The position numbers were made by a program, and so were the translations under genes. DNA of 64,000 bases, from assembly GCA_964035545.1 (NCBI GenBank), contig OZ037768.1:18335700-18399699 (forward strand), given 5' to 3'. The notes beneath the pieces were generated by a model. The model was not told where the DNA came from. It worked only from the letters and a program-made list of their open reading frames with translations, and did not search any database. Positions 54,901 through 64,000 of this stretch are shown one piece after another (positions within the stretch are counted from its first letter, which is position 1; the number at the start of each line of letters is the position of its first letter). Source of the stretch: Bugula neritina. Its lineage: Eukaryota > Animalia > Bryozoa.

Positions 54901-56612
54901 TTGACTCAAAAGATACAAGCCTTATAGAATTTAGTTTTGAATATATAGCCACATAATATGATAAACATGGCTATTGTTATAGATTCTAATATATTGCATT
55001 ATGTAAATATCACGAAGCTGTACTTCCTAGCTTTTATTTACTTTTTAGATGCTTTACCATTAAAGAGGTTATTGCTAGAGTTAGAGCAAAGTGCTCGCAA
55101 TCAAGTAGACAAAACTAGGGCATGCGTATGAGTAAAATGTTACATATAAACTAGTACTACTTTCTGATAGCTTGATAATACAATTTTTCTAGTAGCAACG
55201 GCTGAAAAATCTAAGCTATTACCTCAACACAACTTAGCTGATTCAAAATAAATCTAAATTGAGTTACAGGTATTTCCCACCTAGCAGTAGCCTCAATACA
55301 CTCTCACTATCATACCAGATGCAAACTTTCTGATTTCTTTTCAAGTCTTGAAGAACAAAGGATAATAAAAGCTGGATTCTTAAAAATAGAATACTTCTTT
55401 CCTCTGGCATAATTATTAGACATTTCTTTGTATATGTAGTATAATATATGTATTTTTAATTTCAGCAAGTAATGACCATCTTCAGGTAAACTAGAATTTT
55501 ATTAGTGGTGCGCAACTGTCTTTAGAAAAACTTGTGTGCTTGGAGAGAGTGGAGGCGATGAGTGAGAGTAACAATTTAAAACAATATTTGAAGGAGAATT
55601 TTTAAAAGGAGGACTAATCTACCTATGTCTTTATCACATTACTGTCAAAACTTTCAACGCATTTAATTTCTGTCAAAAATCAAGCAATGTGAAATGGCAG
55701 TTCATTTATATGACGAAATTTTGTACTTGTAAAACTTGTGACTGCTGAGATAAGGCATAGCTTCTATATGAACTCATACCATTAGATGTCATTGTCTGTG
55801 TAATTAGTGAGTGATTTTATAAAATCAAAGTACTAAAGGGATGAGGACACATGGCAAATTAAAATTGTTCTAAACCATAATACCTGATGATAGTATCAAC
55901 CATCCTCCGAAGGTTACAATATAAGCAGTATCCCTGGATAAAACTAATTGTTCGAACCCATCAACTAAATTATCTTTAACAAGTCAAAACAAAACATTGA
56001 ATAAGATAGGTGCGGAGTGGACTTAAAGCAGAAGTGTGGACGGAGAAGGTTCCCACCATTATTTCAAACCTCAACAATAAGTAAATCACAAAGCCAATTT
56101 GAAACACAATGCATAGAGCACATGATAAAAAATAAGACTTTTACACTGAACTTAATGAGCGTAAACACTCCTTGGAATATTCTACTATTAAACAATGATA
56201 ACAAAGTGTGATCGTTTGCCATCTTTATCGGATCAAAGACTCCCGCAAGTTTAAACAAATATCAATGGAAATTATTTATTTCATTTTTGCTTATCGACCA
56301 TCTTTAACTGTAGTTGAAGACAAACCCCGGAGGTCTCACACAGTTAGAGTCGCGTAAAATAAACAACAGAAACTTGAGCGATAAAATTTGGTTTGGCTTC
56401 AGATTTTCATCAAATACAACTCATTGCCTTATCAGACGTTTATTTGCCCAAAACACTTCTATTGTAGAATTAAGATCTGTTTTATCTTATCGGAGAAGAA
56501 ATAAAAGAAACATTTGGCAAAGTTCCTATCAAACCATGTTACTTCATTAGCTAGATGTATATGCACACACCCACATACCCACATTACCATGGTATAATTG
56601 TTATGTATGTAA

Positions 56613-56824
56613 ACACACACACACACACACAACACACAACACACAACACACAACACACAACACACAACATGCACGGACGCACGCACACACGCACTCACAC
56701 ACGCACTCACACACGCACTCACACACGCACTCACACACGCACTCACACACGCACTCACACACGCACTCACACACGCACTCACACACGCACTCACACACGC
56801 ACTCACACACACACACACACACAC
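56613..56824. repeat. Compound microsatellite (CA)n / (CACACAA)n / (CACACACGCACT)n
   Basis: Direct reading; it explains the SACV, RTHT and CVCE pseudo-ORFs. Confidence 0.95.
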
Positions 56825-57137
56825 TTTCAGTGAGTTTGTTATTTTATATACTTTTGTATAAATAAAGTATTTCCTACAGCATGTTTCTCCCTTAAAGTTA
56901 ACATTATTTGAATGAGGTCATGAAGAAATAATATAACATTAATTAATCTTTCCATACAGTTTGTTTAAAAATCGTAAGCTCAAACCTCTAATGTTGTCAA
57001 TCATAGCGGAACAGTGGTTTTCTTATAATATTTAGACATATATATATGCATGATAATGGTTGTTTTAAGAGTTATCTGCTCCTAACTAAATTTCTATCTC
57101 GTATAAGTAACATAAAATTGATTACAGAATTCCTTAC

Positions 57138-57260
57138 AGAAAGAATGAAGTCTCCAAGGCACAGTCCAGCAAGATCTCCTGCACCACCAGGTGTCACATT
57201 CACAACTCTTAGGCTGTTGCTGCCAAAGCTGTTATACTTTCTCTTATGCTTATAGCTTGT
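57138..57260 (-). CDS. PDZRN3/4-like exon (PDZ1 middle)
   Basis: ttttag|ACA...TCT|gtaagg; LRVVNVTPGGAGDLAGLCLGDFILS joins VNG to give the PDZ GD.I..VNG motif. Confidence 0.85.
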
Positions 57261-58069
57261 CTAAAAAAACCAAAACATATACAACAGTTCATAGCAGCAG
57301 TGATGAGTGTTGTCTTCAGATATATAATTAATATAATAATTCTGGACATTATTAATCTTTAATTTGTAATTTTGAGATAACTTTTCATTGATTTTGCAAT
57401 ACTTTACACCATGTGTTAAATTATTTAGAGAGGTTAATTTCATAGTTAAAATAATGAACTGCTTTGTGCATAATGTCAACGCATGTTGCTGTTTCAATTG
57501 CCCTTTGCTTGAAACTACACAGTTACTAGTTCTGAAACTAAAATTTAACTTTAATATTTAGCGAATTAAAGGTAAAACATTTTCGTAAAGACACTGCAGT
57601 TAGGAAATATAATAGAAAAGAGGTGCACATACTACACATTCTATTTAATGCCAATCTTTTAACCATTAAGGCATGTATAGTGTTATGAATCAGAGATAAA
57701 TAAAAGCTACTGTAAATGTAGCATATGTGGTGTGTCTGCTTAGAAAATAGCTCAGTTGATGCTTTAATAAAATTTCAACCGATAACAGAAAGTTAAGTAC
57801 TCGTGTTAAAATGTGGGTTTCTGTATTTTGGCTAACCAAGTTTTAAGCAGACTATAATTTTCATTTAATTTCAGTTTTTTAATTTAGTCTCATCAAATAC
57901 ATTGTTATTCATATTCTATGCATACAAATTTCATACTAATTAAGTCTTAGAACATCTAATCATAATTTCAAGAGTCAAGTTTCTCATTGCTATGTGGAAA
58001 AAATATTTATGCTCAACAGCATTTTGAGTTTTAAAAAACCGTTATACTAATTATTATCATTTTACTTAC

Positions 58070-58159
58070 CTTCGGGAATCTCATGTTAGGAAAAGCTGAT
58101 AACTCTAAACCTATACTATTGTCTCTTTTGCTTATCACTAGACGTATCACTTCGGCTAT
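58070..58159 (-). CDS. PDZRN3/4-like exon (PDZ1 strands A-B)
   Basis: ttttag|ATA...AAG|gtaagt; IAEVIRLVISKRDNSIGLELSAFPNMRFPK. Confidence 0.75.
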
Positions 58160-58536
58160 CTAAAACATAATACTTATCTTATAGATCTATATATTTTATA
58201 AAAATAGTCTTTTAATTATTTTTTGTAGCATTGTTGTTTTATATCTTACTCCACATAATTCAAAGCCACTATACGCACATTCATTTCAGTCAACATATTG
58301 TTTAGTCTTTAAAACAATTTATATATATAGGTTAAAATAGGCCAAGTTTTATAGTTTTATTGTATTTATTGCATAAACAACATCAAGTCATATGAATTAC
58401 ATGTAATATACTATAACAAAATTTTACTCGTCACACCCAATTCCTAAATAATATCTAGTTATATCAATAGTTATGTCAAGTAGACACTGCTACGCTGACC
58501 CCAACTACTTCTACAACTTTAGCTGCCTTTACTTAC

Positions 58537-58701
58537 CAGATGTTTAGGATTCCCTGACTTCGAATTTTTCCTAGTCAATTTTTCAATATTTTTCCTAAGT
58601 TCTATTATCACTTGAGTCTGTTTGTCAAGAACTTCTTTGAGTTTAGCATTTAGCAGTAAAAGCTGAGACTTTGTGTGTCTGAAATGCATGCTGTCGGCCA
58701 T
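58537..58701 (-). CDS. PDZRN3/4-like, first substantial coding exon (coiled coil)
   Basis: MADSMHFRHTKSQLLLLNAKLKEVLDKQTQVIIELRKNIEKL...KHL|gtaagt, phase 0; acceptor tcatag 9 nt upstream of the ATG (exon starts 58710). Confidence 0.7.
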
Positions 58702-60156
58702 CTGCTTCGACTATGAACTCAAGTTACTTTGATATCCTTTTTATAAATATACTCTATGTATGCTTTTATTATAATTATGTACATTACGTTATGAATAATG
58801 GTGAAATATTGATTTCGTTTTCATGCACTATATTTAAAACTACTTGCCTTTTACTTTGTTGGCTTGAGTGCAGTCTGGAAAGTCGTGCTTTTTAAAGTTT
58901 TCAATTCAACAGTTTATTAAAATAACTACTCATTTCATGTTTCATTAATTATTAAAACAAATGAAAGTTAAGCCATTAAGAAGCTCTAAAATGATACATT
59001 TTTATTGACCCATAAGTACACCGAGTCATGATTAAACATTTCCAGTGAATAGAATTTGTTACTGATGCTTTGTTTTGGAAACTGATATTTCAGTATCATG
59101 CATCCCTAATAACTAAATATTGAATTTTTTAATAAAAGGCTACTAAAATATTTATAAGAGCCCACAAATTTGTAATACTACTGTTTGCACTGAACAAACT
59201 TGTAAAAGCAATATTTGAAATTTAATAACAAAGCTTTTTGTGTTGTTTAATCAGTTTGATAAATTTTGTATAGGTTGTTTTTTTCAGTAAATAAGCAATA
59301 AGAAACATCAAACAATGAAAGTGTGACTATTTAGTGCTCAGTTTTCAATAGAAAGAAAACAGTTCTGCAATCTATTAAAGCTATTCCTAAACAACTATTG
59401 AAAACTTTGACAGTTTGGCTTTTGCTTTTTTATGCTGAACGTTTGTTTCTTGGTTTGGTGAGGATAGTTTGACTATGCTGATTTAGAAATTGGGAAATAA
59501 ATTAGGAACTTCCTGAAAATGCAACAATTCCACATAAATAACTGTTTAAAAACCAAAAAGAACTATTAGGCAGATTATCTGCTGTCAGACATGCAAGTTA
59601 ATGATTGATCACATGTGACTTCAAACTTGCTGTGAAATAGTTGTTGCAAAAGAGATAATGTAACTTATAAATCAGAATTTACTAAAAAAGGTGCAACACT
59701 ACTAATAGCTACAGAAAACTAACATGTAAGTAAGATCAGTAGAATTATTTACAATACAATTACCAGCATTCTAGTATTACTTTTTAGGTCTTTCAAACAA
59801 TTCAGAATTTTTGAAATAAAATATCTTTATAACTAGAGGTAATACATTTTTTCGGAAATGTATCATTTTGGAGAGTTGATCTGAAATATTTAAATATTAC
59901 ATAATATGTGAAATGCCATGTTTAGAGCAGGTCATGTGAATGCTTGCCTACCATTTCATCAGTTACTCAATTGCGTTTTTCACTATTTCGAATTATGCAA
60001 ATGGATGCTCGTGCATATGAATTTTCGATTATGGTTTACATGAACTTATGGCTGTGGTTTCATTCCATGCAACTCTTTCTAAAGATCAAATGAAAAATCT
60101 AATGCAAAGCTTTGAAGCAAGAGACTGTGTGAGCATTTAGCTGTATAACCTCACTT

Positions 60157-61020
60157 ATCAGTAAAACTGGTTACATTAGTATAACTGGTTACATCAGTAT
60201 AACTGGTTACATCTGTATAACTGGTTATATCAGTGTAACTGGTTACATCAGTGTAACTGGTTACATCAGTGTAACTGGTTACATCAGTGTAACTGGTTAC
60301 ATCAGTGTAACTGGTTCCATCAGTGTAACTGGTTACATCAGTGTAACTGGTTACATCAGTGTAAAGTTGCGTTTATACCTTCACGATTTTCGGTCAAAAT
60401 TTCAATTTGGCCGGGTTGAAATTTCTCCGAGTTGCATTGCATTGTAAAAGCCACTCGTTGAAAATTTTGTACTGTGATAACTTAATCGGCCAATTTTAGA
60501 ATAGGAGTAATAACTCCTTGTAAACATCGTTATTTAGTTATTACTTTGGCGATTAGACAACGTACTTATACGGTTATAATTATATAGCCTACGCCTTCTC
60601 AATTATCGCTTTTATGCTTTCCGCTTCACTAATTCACGACATTTACAAAGGGCATCAAATAGCTATTATGCGAGTCAAATTTCAATTTCAGAAAGTGAGC
60701 AACCGCATCAATATGATTTCAACGAGTTTAAGTTTGACTATAAAGGGGTACCCTGGCAAGCGTTATTAACTTAAACTCGGTACTTTTTTCAGCAGAGGTA
60801 TAAACGCAACTTTACTGGTTACATCAGTGTAACTGGTTACATCAGTGTAACTGGTTACATCAGTGTAACTGGTTACATCAGTGTAACTGGTTACATCAGT
60901 GTAACTGGTTACATCAGTGTAACTGGTTACATCAGTATAACTGGTTACATCAGTATAACTGGTTACATCAGTATAACTGGTTACATCAGTATAACTGGTT
61001 ACATCAGTATAACTGGTAAC
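60157..61020. repeat. 18-bp minisatellite (AACTGGTTACATCAGTRT)n interrupted by a MITE
   Basis: About 11 units on each side of the 60365-60811 insertion. Confidence 0.95.
60365..60811. mobile_element. 447-bp MITE, copy 2
   Basis: Same length and TIRs as 14507-14953, about 7 substitutions by eye; flanks TAA / TTA. Confidence 0.92.
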
Positions 61021-61856
61021 AAAAAGCCCGTCTTGTTACTATTAGTAATAAGTCAGAGTTATATCACAGCTTCATTTTCAAATGCAATTAACCAAAATCA
61101 GAAATCAATGCAACTTAGATTTTAGACAGTATTAAATGTTGCTGGTAAAGCTCCCAAACATACAAAGTTGGCTGTTAAAGCACATAAAAAATGGAAATGA
61201 AGCTATTATTGGAGAAAAGGTGCAAGTAAACACCCTACCCTGTTATCTAACCGCTTTCACACCGGGCCTTAATCACTCCTTTGTGAGTAAATAATAGAAA
61301 GATAAATATTATATTAATCTATATAACCATCTGTTGGAGTCACAATAGAATATTTTACTGTGCGGCAAAGTTCAGTCAAAGTAAATGCCCTACTTCAGTA
61401 AAGGCGGGATTTTAAACACCAGTGCAGTTCGTTTGAAAATCCAGTTTAGCATAATGATGTTTATGCTTCTATTTTAAAATCATCAATAAGCAAGAGGTTA
61501 AGGTGGGAATAAATTATTACACATATATCTATACATGAATAAAAAGAAACAATAATCTATTCTACATCTCACAATATGGAAAAGTGGAATTTGAAAAATG
61601 CTCCTCTCTACATATGGATTTAGAAATCTTCAAAGTCGGAAAGCTTTAGAAGAATGAAACACGTGTTACAGTGCTAATAAGATATTATACATTTATATAA
61701 GATTGCCAAGCTAATAGACAAAATTTGTCATAGGTCTAGGGTTAACTATATACAGAACAGAATGAATAAAAATACAAGCAGCATTGATTGAATTATGCTA
61801 GTGAAATTTACACAATTTGTCATAAATGGAGCAGGTGCCGTAGTATTATGCTAATT

Positions 61857-61993
61857 TTAAAGATTAAGTATAAACTGGTAGAAGATCACAAAAACTGAAA
61901 CAGATGTATAGGAGAAAGAGAGGTGGCGGGATCTTGAACAGATGTATCGCCATACAGTCTCTGAGTCATCATTTGTTTTCTTCTGGTTGCATC
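61857..61993 (-). CDS. Contactin, last exon (GPI-anchor-type hydrophobic tail)
   Basis: tttcag|GA TGC...CTT TAA; GCNQKKTNDDSETVWRYICSRSRHLSFSYTSVSVFVIFYQFILNL*; phase matches the preceding exon. Confidence 0.75.
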
Positions 61994-62367
61994 CTGAAAC
62001 ATCAGTAAATATAATATAATATAATGTATAAAAATTATATAATATAATACAATATAATATAATAAAATATAATATAGTATATTATAATAATTCTAATATT
62101 TTACAATTCACTGCACTTGGTCCTCTAGTAGTTTTTAGCTTTTACAAACCTTGTTTCAAAAATGTATACTGCATTTAGGCAGCATTTGAGTAAAAGTGTA
62201 CTAGGTTATCGTGTTTATCATTGCAAGTTATACAACCATGTTTGGGCAAAATACCAGGCAATGTCATTTCATTATATATACGGGCTGAAACAAAGTAAAA
62301 AAATATAAACAAAAATAAAAAATATACAAGAACAAAGCCATAACTTCACTAACATCCTAATCTTGTT

Positions 62368-62857
62368 GGTGTCATCCCAGATAGACGCTTCCCAGTTAGA
62401 CGCTAGGCTAAATTTCCCACTTGGACTCTATTTATTTATTTTGGTACAATATATATATTCTATGTGCAATTTATTTGAATATTATTGAAATATATAAATA
62501 TATTTAAATAAACTTGGATCAATTGTTTGTTATCTAGCACATAAATAAGTTCCTGTGATCTGCATTAACTTATTAATTTTGCATATTCTATACTTCTTGT
62601 CGTTGAAAAAAATATTTCGTTAATTATAAGTATTCATTAAAAATAATGTCTATTATTAATGTATTACTGTTTTTTTGCCCCAGACAAATCCGTGAAAAGT
62701 AAGCTATTATTCCAGATACTTTACATTAGCTATTATAGCTATTAGCTATTTAGCAATCAATACAACATTTATATTATACATTATTATGGTACCAAAATAA
62801 AAAATAGCCTCTAACTGGGAAGCGTCCAGGTGGGAAACGTCTATTTGGGATGAAACC
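62368..62857. mobile_element. ~490-bp MITE-like element with sub-repeated inverted ends, in the last contactin intron
   Basis: GGTGTCATCCCAGATAGACGCTTCCCAGTTAGA at left is the inverse of TCTAACTGGGAAGCGTC...CGTCTATTTGGGATGAAACC at right; AT-rich interior; target duplication degenerate. Confidence 0.7.
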
Positions 62858-62960
62858 ACTTTGTTTGGTTAGCCCACCAAAGCTTTATTCAGCACAGCAT
62901 ACACCAGTATATAGACAAAAAGTAATTTCACGGATAATTTGTTGTAAGAAGAGTTCTTAC

Positions 62961-63141
62961 CAATAGAGAATTTGATAAGTGGGGAGCTCATCTTTCCAAC
63001 CCCTCCCCTGCTGTAACCAAATACTCTTAAATTATAAAAACTGTTTTTCTCAAAGTTGTAGTCTATGAATATCCAAGTTCTACGGCCACAATCAAAATCC
63101 ATTGCATTCCTCACATCTTCTCCTTGTCTCCAGATACGAAC
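62961..63141 (-). CDS. Contactin, penultimate exon (fourth fibronectin type III domain); gene continues beyond window end
   Basis: ttttag|GTT...ATT G|gtaaga; VRIWRQGED...FYNLRVFGYSRGGVGKMSSPLIKF resembles the recalled insect contactin end (VRIW...YNMRVLAYSNGGDGRMSSP..F). Confidence 0.82.
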
Positions 63142-64000
63142 CTAAAATAAGAAAAATGGAAGTCACTGACATATAATGGCTTATTAATACTCTGCCCTTT
63201 ATGCTTTTGATTGAGTATTTTTGAAAAAATAATAACAATCACTTACTTTCTAGATAGGAAGGGTTTAAAATTCATTAAAGAAAGTCTTAAAATAACTACA
63301 TTATTAAATTATGAATAGCATTGTTGGCACAAGCAAGCTGAGGTACAAAGACTCAAAACAAAAAGTTCTTTATGATTAAAATTGGTAACTAGCAGCTCAA
63401 ACTCGAATTAAAATATCATTTAATACAATTTGATGGGTGTCCAAATCATAAGTTGAGATCACACCAAGCCTTATTTTGCTAAATAACTTTTTAGCTACAC
63501 AATGTTTCAATAGGATATATTGAATAATGAACAGGCTAGCTATAATTATGTAATATCGGTAAATATCTGGTGGTAAACAAGTTGTTGATAGTGTGGGAAA
63601 TGTTCTAAAACACAAGAGAGATGCTTCTAATGATGTACTAATACTCTAGAGGATACAACACAATAATACTATACGCATATTTCTGTGCTTTTAAATCTCA
63701 GCATCAAATCGCCTCATTGTTATCGTCTTTATATAAAATAGACACTTGAAACTAAACTGTTAAATGCCATTATCTAAACAAAGAGTTAAATCAGATAATA
63801 AAATCTTATTAATAAAGTGAAGTAACTAGTAAAGTCTGAAGGACAGTAAATTATGCTGGACTGACACTAGTCATGGAAGTCAGATAAAATTCAAGTATAT
63901 CACTGAGTGAAATCTTTAATCAAGTTATTTCTTGCTGTCATTAGGCAAGCAGAAGTGGCTTCTATGTCTACCAGACTTAGCTGCTCTTAATCGACAACAA

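Larger units (their letters stand above)
38235..58701 (-). other. Gene span: PDZRN3/PDZRN4-family (LNX3/4, Slip1-like) PDZ protein, 10 coding exons, ~739 aa, no RING exon seen
   Basis: Exons join in frame with GT-AG introns; two PDZ domains, the KDSGVG motif, the LNX3-homology C-terminus and terminal SVTTV. Confidence 0.88.

Noticed and set aside
56459-56833. Metallothionein-like CVCECVCE and HTRT ORFs
   Set aside because: Translations of a compound CA microsatellite.
60157-61020. Regular short palindromic repeats superficially like a CRISPR array
   Set aside because: Units are contiguous with no unique spacers, the context is eukaryotic, and there are no cas genes.

Overview
AT-rich, intron-rich animal genomic DNA, probably an invertebrate; the taxon cannot be fixed from the sequence. 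By manual splice-site and frame reconstruction the window holds four protein-coding genes. (1) The 5' end of dystroglycan (- strand, first two coding exons, 1198-2627). (2) A complete 15-coding-exon gene (+ strand, 15748-37565, about 945 aa) with an unusual architecture: helical/coiled-coil N-terminus, long Ser-rich disordered region, PH domain, then a full but divergent actin fold lacking the D-loop. (3) A PDZRN3/PDZRN4 (LNX3/4, Slip1)-family gene (- strand, 10 coding exons, 38235-58701, about 739 aa) with no visible RING exon. Its 13.9-kb intron splits PDZ1 and holds four candidate alternative ATG-bearing first exons. (4) The last two exons of a contactin (- strand, 61857-63141), immediately upstream of the PDZRN gene in the same orientation, matching the vertebrate CNTN1-PDZRN4 and CNTN3-PDZRN3 pairs. 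Non-coding DNA contains several MITE-like elements (one in two ~98% identical copies, one of which interrupts an 18-bp minisatellite), tRNA-derived SINE heads and several mini/microsatellites. Most short ORFs in the supplied track are spurious or are exon read-throughs. All gene models are hand-built and unverified by transcripts.
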